Source of the DNA: Gemmatimonadota bacterium
GTDB lineage: Bacteria; Gemmatimonadota; Gemmatimonadetes; Gemmatimonadales; GWC2-71-9
NCBI GenBank assembly: GCA_039586895.1
Contig: JBDHJM010000007.1
Span: 11,263-75,262 of the forward strand
DNA length: 64,000 nucleotides
Direction: 5' to 3'
Shown piece by piece: positions 46,885 through 56,132 of this stretch (its first letter is position 1; each line of letters starts with the position of its first letter). The notes beneath the pieces are model-generated. The model saw nothing but the letters and a program-made list of their open reading frames with translations. It made no database searches and was not told the DNA's origin. Both the position numbers and the translations under genes were made by a program.

Positions 46885-49002
46885 CTAACGCAGCTGCCGC
46901 ACGATGCGGCCGAAGGAGTCCACCTCATAGAGCGGACCGCGCCAGATGTCGTCGCCGAGATTGATCCTGAGCCCTCCACGTGCGGCAAACGCCGGTGGCG
47001 CCGGAGGAACCGTGTATGACTCTGATCCAGCGAGATTCACCTCATAGCCGAGATCCCACAGCGAGGCCGTCGTGAGCCGGCTGAGCGGGTCCGTCGCAGC
47101 GTTGAGGAACGGCGTCATGAGCTCGGTGCCCAACTCGATTTCCCGCCAATGGGCATCTGCCTGGCCCTGTACCGCGGTATTCTCCACGGGCACGCTGTCA
47201 CCTGTCACGTAGTCGTTCCCTCCCAAGGCGTCGAACTCTGCGTTGGCGATGGGGCCCGTGAAATGTGTATCCACGCCCGGGCTGCTCGGCCGGGACGGGT
47301 TCGCCAGGAACCCGAGGTTATCCCAGAGGGTCCCCACCCCAATCACGTGGCCCATCTCATGCAGGACTATGCGCTCCAATGATGCGGCGAATGCCGCCGT
47401 GTCGGCTTCGTCGAACACCATGATGCCCAACACGGTGAGGCTTCCCGTTGTCCGGATGAGGCACGGTCCGCCAAACCCCAGCGTGGACCCCGGGCCGTCG
47501 ATGCTGTCCACCTGAGCGATGATCAGCAGGTCATCCACCGTCTCGCTGATCGCCGGGAGGCTGTCCAAGCCGCATGATCCCTGCGCGACCGAGAGCGGGA
47601 TGTCGGTCAGCTCACCGATGACGAGCTGTTCCCACTTTGCTTCCGCGCTGGTGAACGCTGCAGCGATCGTGCCGGAGAGTGTAGTCCCGATGGCCGGCCG
47701 GATCTCGACATCGTAGGAGCTGTTAACGCCTGTGGCCGTGAACGACGTGGTGATCGCGGTGCTCTGCACAGTCGCGTCGAGCGTGTTGGTGCCCGTCGCC
47801 CCACCGAGGATCCAACTGCCGACCTCGGCCATTCCCTGCGCGTCCGTCACGACGCTGCCGCCCGTCACGCCGCCTCCACCCATGCTCACCGTGAAGTCGA
47901 CCGTCGCGCCCGGGAACGGTGTGCCGACAAGATCCCGCACGATGACCGTCGGATTCACGTTCACTGCGAATCCCACGAGGCCCGTCTGCCCGTCACCGGT
48001 ATCGACTGCGATGCTTGCGGGTGCCACATCCAGTGCCGTGGCACCGACCGACACTGGCGAGTTCACGAGCGGCGTGCCCATCTGGACGGAACTGCCTGAG
48101 ATCGACTGGCCCCCGCCGATCTCCGGCCCCAGGGTCCACTCGGTTGCGGCGAGGCCGGCAGCGTCGGTGTTCACGGTGGTCGGACTCACCGAGCCCGTCC
48201 CGCCCGTGACCGAGAAGTCGACCTGGTGCGCCGACACGGCATTGCCGTACTGGTCGTCCACCCGCATGACTACCGAATCGGGCAGCGCCGAGCTGATCTG
48301 CTGGGTCTGTCCGCCCCCTGATACGAGCGCAAGCGTGTCCGCAACATCCGGATCTGCCGTGCCGTCGAACGCCGCACTCCCAGTACCCGTTGCCGGCTGC
48401 GCCGTCACCGTGTGCGCTCCGGCGGTCGTGCCGAAGGTCCACTCTGTAGCCACCCGGCCGTCAGAGCCGGTCGTGCCGCTCACCGGCATCACCGTCCCAC
48501 CGTTGGTCGAGACCGTGAAGTTCACGGTCACACCGGAGATGGGGTTACCCATGGCGTCGTTGACCTGGGCCTTCAGCGAGTCGGTGAGCGTCGCAGTCAC
48601 TGCATCCGTCTGCGCGTCGCCCGCGGTCTTCTGCACCTGTGCCGGTGTCTGAGCCACCGTCACGGCTGCATTGCTGTTCGCGCTGCCCACCGTCGCGGTC
48701 ACCGTTGCGCTGCCGTTGGTCACTGCCGTGACCAGGCCGGAAGTGCTCACCGTCGCCACCCCAGTGGCGCTAGACGTCCAGGTCGGCGTCTGGCCAGACA
48801 TCGTGTTGCCGTTCTGGTCCCTGACGACGGCCGTCAGTTGATCGGTGGCCCCGATCGCGTTGAGCGTAACGGTCGTCTTGTTGAGCTCGATACTGGTCGG
48901 GACCGGGGTGGGACCGGTACTGCTGCTGGAGTCGCTGCATGCCCAGATGACCGTGGCGGCCGCGAGGACCGCGCCCGTGAGGTGGGTGAGACGAGGCTTC
49001 AT
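46885..49002 (-). CDS. surface lipoprotein with Ig-like (Big) repeats and a C-terminal leishmanolysin (M8)-like zinc metalloprotease domain
   Basis: Signal and lipobox VIWAC, then repeated Big-like modules (VTATV...NAAVTVAQ, and others). The catalytic part has HEMGHVIG (HExxH) followed by AHWRE...ELMTP. I chose the ATG at 49002. Confidence 0.7.
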   Translation of the reverse strand: MKPRLTHLTGAVLAAATVIWACSDSSSSTGPTPVPTSIELNKTTVTLNAIGATDQLTAVVRDQNGNTMSGQTPTWTSSATGVATVSTSGLVTAVTNGSATVTATVGSANSNAAVTVAQTPAQVQKTAGDAQTDAVTATLTDSLKAQVNDAMGNPISGVTVNFTVSTNGGTVMPVSGTTGSDGRVATEWTFGTTAGAHTVTAQPATGTGSAAFDGTADPDVADTLALVSGGGQTQQISSALPDSVVMRVDDQYGNAVSAHQVDFSVTGGTGSVSPTTVNTDAAGLAATEWTLGPEIGGGQSISGSSVQMGTPLVNSPVSVGATALDVAPASIAVDTGDGQTGLVGFAVNVNPTVIVRDLVGTPFPGATVDFTVSMGGGGVTGGSVVTDAQGMAEVGSWILGGATGTNTLDATVQSTAITTSFTATGVNSSYDVEIRPAIGTTLSGTIAAAFTSAEAKWEQLVIGELTDIPLSVAQGSCGLDSLPAISETVDDLLIIAQVDSIDGPGSTLGFGGPCLIRTTGSLTVLGIMVFDEADTAAFAASLERIVLHEMGHVIGVGTLWDNLGFLANPSRPSSPGVDTHFTGPIANAEFDALGGNDYVTGDSVPVENTAVQGQADAHWREIELGTELMTPFLNAATDPLSRLTTASLWDLGYEVNLAGSESYTVPPAPPAFAARGGLRINLGDDIWRGPLYEVDSFGRIVRQLR

Positions 49003-49205
49003 AGTGGCACCGTGGATAGGAGGTTCCGGCAAACCTACGCCTGGCTGAGAGTTCGAGCAAATTGCAGTGTGGCTCAAGGACGGCGGGCGGCGCGGTGAGC
49101 CAGCGCACATGGCGCCCGGACCGCGCGGATTCTCGGGATGCGATTCGCCCCCGGCATCCGCGAACGGACACCGAGGGCGAAAGCGCTGACCCAGAAACCT
49201 CGGCG

Positions 49206-49592
49206 CTACTGAACCGTCAGCGCCATCCCTGTGACCGTCACCAGCTCGTAGTCCGGCTCCGAAGCCTCCAGCAGCTGGCCGATGTACGCAGCCGCCTGTC
49301 GCGTGTCGGGCACGGCGATTCTCAGCAGCGGCCCGGCCACTACAGTGCCGGTGACCACCCCCCGCACTTCGGTCGTGCTGATGCGCGTGGTGAATACCTG
49401 ACACGACGTGCAGGCTGCCGTCACCGTATCTATGGTGGCGGGCTCGACCGACGTTACTCGGAACGAGACCGCTCCGAGGCTGGGCACCGGGGTGGTGAGG
49501 TCCATCGTCAGGTTGCCGGCCGTCGGGCCGGAGTCGCAGGCGACGGAAAAGGCAGCCGCCAGGGCGAGCAATGCAACGATCTTGGTTCTCAT
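49206..49592 (-). CDS. hypothetical lipoprotein (128 aa)
   Basis: Has the lipobox FSVAC. The ATG overlaps the upstream M6 protease stop (ATGA). Confidence 0.55.
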   Translation of the reverse strand: MRTKIVALLALAAAFSVACDSGPTAGNLTMDLTTPVPSLGAVSFRVTSVEPATIDTVTAACTSCQVFTTRISTTEVRGVVTGTVVAGPLLRIAVPDTRQAAAYIGQLLEASEPDYELVTVTGMALTVQ

Positions 49593-51616
49593 CGCCCCCT
49601 CCCGCGCAGCGCCGCGATCCGCTCGGCAAGTGCTGCAGCCGTGACCGGCGAGTCACCGCTGTCCACCCAGGCGTGGAAGTCGCCCACGTCATACGCGAAG
49701 TTGCGGTTCCCCAGAAGGTCCAAGTATAGCAGCTCTTCCGCGGTGAGCGTCTGCTCCACCTCGAGCAGCTCGTCGAGCACGGCGCCGACCGCCAGCAGCG
49801 GCGCGGTTACATCGAGCGCAATCATCTGGTCTTCCGTCTGAATGCCGGACGAAACCTGCACCGTGGCGGAGAAGCTCCCTGTCTCGGCAGGCACGCCCGC
49901 CAGCTCCCCCGTGCTGCCGTTCAGGGTCAGCCCCTCGGCCAGTGCGCCGGCCGTGACCTGCCAGGTGTAGCCGCCCAGACCACCACTCGCCGTGAACTGG
50001 TACTGATACGCAGAGCCCATCAGGCCGTCCGGCGGGTCGGCGGGATCCATCACGAGCAGCGCCGCGCTATGAGTGACGACCACGCGGATCGCCCCGGCCG
50101 GACCCAGGGGATCGAGCTGTTCAACCGAGTCCACCGTCACCGCTGTCGGGCTGCCGTCGTTCTTGGCGCTTGACGGATCGGTGTCGAAGCTGAACCGGGT
50201 GGCTGCAGAGCTGCCCGGCCAGGGATCTCCCGGATCGCCCCGATTGACGCCCAACCCGAGTCCATCCGAGCCGTCGGCCTGCATGAGCCGCACCGCCTCG
50301 GGGGAGGTCGCGTTCACCGTGTTCGACCCGGAGCGGATTCGAGCCATCACCGAGTCCACGTGCCAGATGAGGAGCCCACGCCGGTGCAGAGCCACGTCCG
50401 AGCCGACCAGCTGGCGATTCTCCAGCAGGAAGTACTCGTTGGAGGAAGGGATCGGGATCACGTACGCCGTATCGGAGAGCGCCACCGCCGATATGGCCAC
50501 GGCTGTGTCGTTGGGCAGCATCACTTCGGTGACCCAACCCAGCTCGGCCCGCGACCAGGCCTCCATGTGGGCCGGGGTGTCGGGATCGTTCCAGTTGCCG
50601 GAGCCCATCAGGCCCCAGTGGCCGATCCCCTCGCTGTTACGGGCACCGTTGGTGTTGTACAGGTCCGGCAGACCGAACAGGTGGCCGGTCTCGTGCGAGA
50701 TCAATCCCGGCGCCTGGGGCTGCAGCGGTGTGCAGCCGCTGCTGCCTCCCTGGCCACCCTGGACGATGTAGTCATTGACGTCGATCACGCCGCCCCCGGC
50801 CGCCGGGTCGTTCGTGTTGAGCGGTGAGCCGGTCCACCCGCTGTAGACCCACCTATGCGCCCAGATGTTGCTAGTGCCGCACGCGCCGTCCACTTCGGGG
50901 TGCATGATTACGATGGCGTCCACGAGACCGTCGTCGTCGCCGGAGTTGGGCACGCCGTCTGGCCCGTCGTTGTCGAACTGGCCGAAGTCGATGGCACCGT
51001 CGTGGGCCGCGACCATCTCGGCGATGAGCTCGCCCATGGCTCCATCGCCGCCCAAGCCGTTGCTGCTGCCCTCGTAGTAGGTGTCGACGCTGTCCAGGCG
51101 GGTCCATTCCAGCACGGTACCGTTCACCCGCAGGGAGTCGTTAGAGATCTCGAGATAGTAGGTATGCACCGAGTACGGCGGCGCCGCACTCGTGCTGAAC
51201 AGCGTCGTCTCCAACGCGGTGCGCGGAATCGCGGTCACCAGCGCAGTCGAGTCGGTGTTGTCGTACATGGCCAGGAACACAGGCATGTAGACGTCGCCCA
51301 CCAGGATGCCGTTGGCATTCGTGTGAGCCCGCTGCGGGCCCAGCATGCCGGACGCGAGCTGACCCCGCATCGCCCCGCGCCGCGCCGCTATCTCGCGGCC
51401 GCGCCGGATCCAGCCGTTGTTCTGGGAGAACCGGAACGCCCTGGGGTGGCGGTTCAGCATCTCGTAGTAGCCTGGCGGCGGCCTCACCCCGTATCTCTTG
51501 CCCAGCTCCTCAACGTCCGTCTGGGCCAGCAGCACACGGGGGCCCAGGAGGCCCACAGTCAGCGTTAGGAGGGCAACGGCCGTTGGCAGCAAGCGGCGGG
51601 TTGGGCGATCTGGCAT
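49589..51616 (-). CDS. secreted M6-family (immune inhibitor A-like) metalloprotease with C-terminal Ig-like domain
   Basis: HETGHLFGLPDLY (the HExxH...DLY motif of M6), a signal peptide, and a putative Ig repeat YQYQFTASGGLGGYTWQV. Confidence 0.8.
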   Translation of the reverse strand: MPDRPTRRLLPTAVALLTLTVGLLGPRVLLAQTDVEELGKRYGVRPPPGYYEMLNRHPRAFRFSQNNGWIRRGREIAARRGAMRGQLASGMLGPQRAHTNANGILVGDVYMPVFLAMYDNTDSTALVTAIPRTALETTLFSTSAAPPYSVHTYYLEISNDSLRVNGTVLEWTRLDSVDTYYEGSSNGLGGDGAMGELIAEMVAAHDGAIDFGQFDNDGPDGVPNSGDDDGLVDAIVIMHPEVDGACGTSNIWAHRWVYSGWTGSPLNTNDPAAGGGVIDVNDYIVQGGQGGSSGCTPLQPQAPGLISHETGHLFGLPDLYNTNGARNSEGIGHWGLMGSGNWNDPDTPAHMEAWSRAELGWVTEVMLPNDTAVAISAVALSDTAYVIPIPSSNEYFLLENRQLVGSDVALHRRGLLIWHVDSVMARIRSGSNTVNATSPEAVRLMQADGSDGLGLGVNRGDPGDPWPGSSAATRFSFDTDPSSAKNDGSPTAVTVDSVEQLDPLGPAGAIRVVVTHSAALLVMDPADPPDGLMGSAYQYQFTASGGLGGYTWQVTAGALAEGLTLNGSTGELAGVPAETGSFSATVQVSSGIQTEDQMIALDVTAPLLAVGAVLDELLEVEQTLTAEELLYLDLLGNRNFAYDVGDFHAWVDSGDSPVTAAALAERIAALRGRGR

Positions 51617-51788
51617 GTCTCGAAAGTCCTCCGGCTTTGAACGCGCAAGCTAACGACGAAGGGCGCCTCGACCAACACTCTATTGGCCCGCCGGCAGCTC
51701 GCGCCGTGCGCCCGCTCACGCGGGGTCCGGGGTCTTCGGGCCAATCCTGGTAACCCCTTTTGTTACACCGAGTTCCCGCTCCGGGGCC

Positions 51789-51817
51789 TTGTGTTGGAGA
51801 CCGGTCGGCGGTAAAAT
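51789..51817 (+). promoter_or_regulatory. candidate sigma70-type promoter for the spt operon
   Basis: TTGTGT (51789..51794), a 17-nt spacer, then TAAAAT (51812..51817), about 65 nt upstream of the GTG start. Confidence 0.3.
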
Positions 51818-51882
51818 CGTAGAGCCCGTATCCCGGGTTGCGGGTCGGGCGTGTGCGGTTTTCCCTAATGGGTTGAGGATCC

Positions 51883-53085
51883 GTGGACATACACACGCTG
51901 CAGCAGGTCGCGCTGTTCGATAAGTGCAAGAACTTCACGACCGCGCGCGAAATTCAGGCCGCCGGCCTGTACCCCTACTTCAAGCCCATATCACAGGCGG
52001 AAGACACCGTCGTGGTGATCGAGGGTGAGAAGAAGGTGATGATGGGCTCGAACAACTATCTGAGCCTCACTCACCACCCGAAGGTGCTCGAGTCCGCCAA
52101 GCTGGCCCTCGAGCGGTACGGATCGGGCTGCACCGGCAGCCGGTTCCTCAACGGCACCCTGGACCTCCACGAGCAGCTCGAGTGCCGCCTGGCAGAGTTC
52201 TTCGGCAAGGAAGCTGCCCTCGTCTTCTCCACCGGCTACTCCGCCAACCTGGGCCTGATCTCCGGGCTGGTGGGGCGCGGCGACGTGGTCCTTATCGACA
52301 AGCTGGATCACGCCTCGATCGTCGACGGCGCCAAGATGGCCTACGGCGAGACGGTGCGCTTCGGACACGGCAACCTGGAGCAGCTCGAGCGCATGCTGCA
52401 GAAGCACAGCAAGCGCGGCATGATGATCATCGTAGACGGCGTGTACTCGATGGAGGGGGACATCGCCGACGTGCCGAACCTGCTCAAGCTGGCGCAGCGC
52501 TACGGAGCGGCACTCGCCATCGACGACGCACACGCCGTGGGCGTGCTGGGACCCCGGGGCGACGGCACGGCGGCGCACTTCGGGCTGGCCGACGAGGTCG
52601 ACATCGTGGTGGGCACGTTCTCAAAGTCGCTGGCGTCGATCGGCGGGTTTGTGGCGGGCTCCGACACCGTCATTCATTATCTGAAGCATCACAGCCGGCC
52701 GCTCATCTTCACCGCGGCCCTGCCGCCGGCCAACACCGCAGGCGTGCTTGCGGCCCTCGAGATCATGATCGCGGAGCCGGAGCGGCGCGACCAGCTGTGG
52801 CAGAACACCAAGCGATTCCAGGAAGGTGTGCGCAGCCTCGGGTTCGACATCGGTCCCACCGAGACGCCCATCGTGCCGGTGCTGATCGGCACGCTGCACA
52901 ACACGTTCGCATTCTGGCGCAAACTGTTCGACGCCGGCGTGTTCACGAACCCGGTGGTGCCGCCTGCGGTGCCGGCCGACGAGTGCCGCCTGCGCGCCAG
53001 CCTGATGGCCACGCACACAGCGGATCAGATAGACTTCGCCCTGGACACGTTCCAGCGGCTCGGACGGGAGATGGGGGTCATTTGA
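51883..53085 (+). CDS. spt: alpha-oxoamine synthase, serine palmitoyltransferase-like
   Basis: Similar along its whole length, by eye, to Sphingomonas SPT: GSGCTGSRFLNGT, FSTGYSANLG, HASIVDG, the PLP lysine in VVGTFSKS, RPLIFTAALPP and the C-terminal GVI. The N-terminal YPYFKPI is typical of SPTs. Confidence 0.75.
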   Translation: MDIHTLQQVALFDKCKNFTTAREIQAAGLYPYFKPISQAEDTVVVIEGEKKVMMGSNNYLSLTHHPKVLESAKLALERYGSGCTGSRFLNGTLDLHEQLECRLAEFFGKEAALVFSTGYSANLGLISGLVGRGDVVLIDKLDHASIVDGAKMAYGETVRFGHGNLEQLERMLQKHSKRGMMIIVDGVYSMEGDIADVPNLLKLAQRYGAALAIDDAHAVGVLGPRGDGTAAHFGLADEVDIVVGTFSKSLASIGGFVAGSDTVIHYLKHHSRPLIFTAALPPANTAGVLAALEIMIAEPERRDQLWQNTKRFQEGVRSLGFDIGPTETPIVPVLIGTLHNTFAFWRKLFDAGVFTNPVVPPAVPADECRLRASLMATHTADQIDFALDTFQRLGREMGVI

Positions 53086-54209
53086 CGGTGACGGTGGTCG
53101 TGCGGCCGGTTGAGACGGCCCGCGACCTCGAGCGCTTCATCGCATTTCCATATCGACTTCACCGGGGGGACCCCATGTGGGTCCCCCTGTTGCGCATGGA
53201 CGTGCGGACGATGCTGTCGCGCGAGAAGAACCCCTTCTTCCAGCACGCGGAAGCCCAGTACTTCGTGGCCGAGCGGGGCAGCGGGCGTCGCAGCGTCGTG
53301 GGCCGCATCGCGGCCATCCATAACCACGGGCACAACGAATTCCACGGGGACCGTGTCGGCTTCTTCGGGTTCTTCGAGTGCGAGAACGACCAGGCCGTGG
53401 CCGACGCCCTGTTCGAGGCAGCCGCCGAGTGGCTCAAGGAGCGGGGCCTCGACACGATGCGCGGGCCGGCTTCGTTTTCCACCAACGACGAATGCGGGCT
53501 GACCGTGGAAGGGTTCGACACGCCGCCCACGATCATGAACCCGCACAACCCTCCCTACTACATAGATCTCGTAGAGCGTGCCGGCTTCACCAAGGCGATG
53601 GACATGCACCAGTTCCGCACGGTGAGCAACCAGCTCCCCGACCGGCTGGTGCGCGGGGCCAAGCTGATCAAGAAGCGCCAGGGCATCACGCTGCGCACGC
53701 TGGACGTGAAGCGGTTCTACGAGGAAGTGGACCGCATCAAACCGATGTACAACGCCGCGTGGGAGAAGAACTGGGGCTTCGTGCCGATGACCGAGGCGGA
53801 AATCGACCACATGGCGAAGCAGCTGAAGCCGGTCGTGGTGCCCGATCTCGTGGTCTTCGCCGAAAAAGACGGCGAGACAATCGGATTCGCGCTGGCGCTG
53901 CCGGACCTGAACGTGGCGCTCAGGAAGAACCCGTCGGGAAGGCTGTTTCCGGGCATCCTCAAGGTCCTGTGGGCGGCCCGCAAGGTCACCCGCATGCGGA
54001 TAGTCGCCCTGGGTGTGCTCGAGCAGCACCGCAACACAGGAGCTGACGCCGTGCTGTACCACTGGATCTGGGACCGCGGCTACCAGATCGGATACCGCTG
54101 GGCGGAGGCCGGGTGGATACTCGAGGACAACGCGCCGATGGCCAACGCCCTGGTCCGCATGGGCTTCGAGGCGTACAAGACACTGCGGCTGTACGACCGA
54201 CGACTGTGA
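53082..54209 (+). CDS. GNAT-fold N-acyltransferase-like protein (candidate bacterial ceramide synthase)
   Basis: A protein of about 375 aa. The TTG start overlaps the spt stop (TTGA), and a GTG lies 2 codons later. The fold assignment comes from family recollection (FGFFEC..., WAEAGWILEDN) and the function from gene context. Confidence 0.55.
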   Translation: MTVTVVVRPVETARDLERFIAFPYRLHRGDPMWVPLLRMDVRTMLSREKNPFFQHAEAQYFVAERGSGRRSVVGRIAAIHNHGHNEFHGDRVGFFGFFECENDQAVADALFEAAAEWLKERGLDTMRGPASFSTNDECGLTVEGFDTPPTIMNPHNPPYYIDLVERAGFTKAMDMHQFRTVSNQLPDRLVRGAKLIKKRQGITLRTLDVKRFYEEVDRIKPMYNAAWEKNWGFVPMTEAEIDHMAKQLKPVVVPDLVVFAEKDGETIGFALALPDLNVALRKNPSGRLFPGILKVLWAARKVTRMRIVALGVLEQHRNTGADAVLYHWIWDRGYQIGYRWAEAGWILEDNAPMANALVRMGFEAYKTLRLYDRRL

Positions 54210-55204
54210 GAGCCTTCGTCACGGGCGCGACCGGCTTCGTAGGGTCACACCTCGTCGACACACTCATCGAACAGGGCCATCAGGCCGTGTGCCTGGTCCG
54301 CAATCCCGCCAAAGCCAAGCGCCTGTTCCCCGACCGCGCACCCGAGACCGTGAGCGGAGACCTCTCCGACGAAGGTGCGATGCGGGAGGGCATCGACGGC
54401 GCCGACGTGGTATTTCACATAGCCGGCGTCACGTCCGCCCGCACCCGCGCGGACTTCTTCACCATAAACACCGAAGCCACACGCCGCGTGCTGCGCGCGG
54501 CACAGGCCGCAGCACCCGGCCTCAAGCGCTTCGTGTACGTGAGCAGCCTCTCCGCGGCCGGCCCCACACAGCGCGGCGGGATGCTGACCGAGACGGACCC
54601 GCCCGCACCTGTGAGCGCGTACGGCCGCAGCAAACTCGCGGCCGAGGAGGCGGTACGGGAAGGACCGCTGCCCTGGACGATCCTGCGGCCGCCGGCCGTG
54701 TACGGCCCGCGCGACGTGGAGCTGCGCAGGGTTTTCACCTTCGCACGCTGGGGCATCGCGCCTGTGTTCGGCGACGGCGGACAGGAGCTCACGATGATCC
54801 ACGTGGACGACCTCGTTGCGGCTCTGCTGGCTGCGGCGGGTTCCGACCACACCGCCGGCGGAGTCTACTTCGCCACACACCCCGAGGTCGTCACGGCGAA
54901 GCAGTTCCTGGAGCGGGTGCACCAGACGGTGCGGGAGGTCCAGGGAAGGTCCGCCCGGGCGCCCACCGAGCTTCCCGTACCGCACTGGCTGGTTCGTGGC
55001 TTCCTCGCGGCCAGCTGGGCCAGCGCCCGGCTCACCGGACGGGCCACGGTGCTGTCGCCCGACAAGGCCGACGAGTTCCTGGCTCCTTCATGGGCCTGCT
55101 CGCCCGCGGCGCTGGAGCGGGATACCGGCTGGCGGGCCCGGATCGCGCTCACGGAGGGACTGGAGCAGACCGCCCGCTGGTACCGGGACCAGGGATACCT
55201 ATGA
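54206..55204 (+). CDS. NAD(P)-dependent epimerase/dehydratase-family (extended SDR) protein, candidate ceramide reductase CerR
   Basis: VTGATGFVGSHLV (GxxGxxG) and YGRSKLAAE (YxxxK). The GTG overlaps the upstream stop (GTGA). Confidence 0.7.
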   Translation: MRAFVTGATGFVGSHLVDTLIEQGHQAVCLVRNPAKAKRLFPDRAPETVSGDLSDEGAMREGIDGADVVFHIAGVTSARTRADFFTINTEATRRVLRAAQAAAPGLKRFVYVSSLSAAGPTQRGGMLTETDPPAPVSAYGRSKLAAEEAVREGPLPWTILRPPAVYGPRDVELRRVFTFARWGIAPVFGDGGQELTMIHVDDLVAALLAAAGSDHTAGGVYFATHPEVVTAKQFLERVHQTVREVQGRSARAPTELPVPHWLVRGFLAASWASARLTGRATVLSPDKADEFLAPSWACSPAALERDTGWRARIALTEGLEQTARWYRDQGYL

Positions 55205-56055
55205 GCCGGCTCGACGCGCTGAACCCCGTCGACAAGCTGATCGCCGTCTATCTCGCCTTCGTGACTCTGATGGCGGTGGTCAACCTGGGGCTGGGCGACA
55301 GCTACTTCTGGTGGATTCTCCTGTCGCACGTGCTGATCGGCGTCCTGCTGTACCTGTTCACGCTCCTCACGCCGCGGCAGCGGGCGGGGCAGGTCCTGCA
55401 CGACCTGTACCCGCTCATCCTCATCCCCGCGCTCTACACCGAGCTGGCGTTTCTCAATGTGGGGCTGGGACTGGACACGGTGTTTGCGCACGATGCGATC
55501 GTACAGGGCTGGGAGGAGGCTCTGTTCGGCGAGCAGATATCCTACACATGGATCCGGAACCACCCGTCGGTGTTCTGGTCGGGTCTGCTGCACGTCGCCT
55601 ACGTCACCTACTATCCGATCGTCTACCTCGGCCCGATCCTGCTGCTGGCACGGGGCAAGAGACAGGGCGCACGCAACGTGCTGTTCGCCACGATGGTGGC
55701 CTACCTTATCTGCTACACCGTCTTCATCGTGTTCCCGGTTGCCGGCCCCAACTGGGTGTTCGATCACCCGACCGGCCCGGTGCGCGACGTGTGGAGCGCG
55801 CGCATGGTGTACGGCCTGCTCGGCACCGGCTCGTCGGTCGGCACGGCGTTCCCGTCCTCGCACGTGGCGGCCACGTTTGCAGCGGTGTTCGCCAACTGGA
55901 GGGAGTGGCGCACGCTGGCGGTGATCTTCCTCGTGCCGGCGTCGTTCATGGCGGTGGCCACGGTGTACTGCCAGATGCACTACGCGGTGGACGCCCTGGT
56001 GGGGTTGGCGCTCGCGGTCGCGGTCGCGCTGGCCACACGGCGCGTGCAGGCCTAG
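55201..56055 (+). CDS. PAP2-superfamily polytopic membrane protein, IPC-synthase/sphingomyelin-synthase-like
   Basis: About 7 TM helices. FPSSHV and MHYAVDAL match the H...H-x3-D catalytic pattern of AUR1/SMS-type PAP2 enzymes. The ATG overlaps the upstream stop (ATGA). Confidence 0.6.
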   Translation: MSRLDALNPVDKLIAVYLAFVTLMAVVNLGLGDSYFWWILLSHVLIGVLLYLFTLLTPRQRAGQVLHDLYPLILIPALYTELAFLNVGLGLDTVFAHDAIVQGWEEALFGEQISYTWIRNHPSVFWSGLLHVAYVTYYPIVYLGPILLLARGKRQGARNVLFATMVAYLICYTVFIVFPVAGPNWVFDHPTGPVRDVWSARMVYGLLGTGSSVGTAFPSSHVAATFAAVFANWREWRTLAVIFLVPASFMAVATVYCQMHYAVDALVGLALAVAVALATRRVQA

Positions 56056-56076
56056 ACGCACCCGGACCTGCAACAA

Positions 56077-56111
56077 AGAAAGCCGGCCGGGTCAGTCCCG
56101 GCCGGCTTTCT
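56077..56111. terminator. bidirectional hairpin terminator
   Basis: A perfect 15-bp stem AGAAAGCCGGCCGGG/CCCGGCCGGCTTTCT with a 5-nt loop, between convergent genes. Confidence 0.65.
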
Positions 56112-56132
56112 CCATTTGCGTCGCCTTGAGGG

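Noticed and set aside
46885-49692. Very long N-terminal extensions in ORF-track entries, for example 46885..49692, 37112..39337, 41545..44598, 14288..17665, 52182..54209, 54013..56055, 40943..41851.
   Set aside because: The upstream parts are low-complexity and overlap neighbouring genes. Internal starts give proper signal peptides, Shine-Dalgarno sequences or 4-nt stop/start overlaps, so I used the shorter coordinates.
51617-51882. The 266-nt intergenic region upstream of spt, considered as a possible riboswitch or sRNA.
   Set aside because: I recognised no known riboswitch core motifs. Only a plausible promoter and a short GTAAC/GTTAC inverted repeat are visible. Excluding a structured RNA would need covariance-model scanning.
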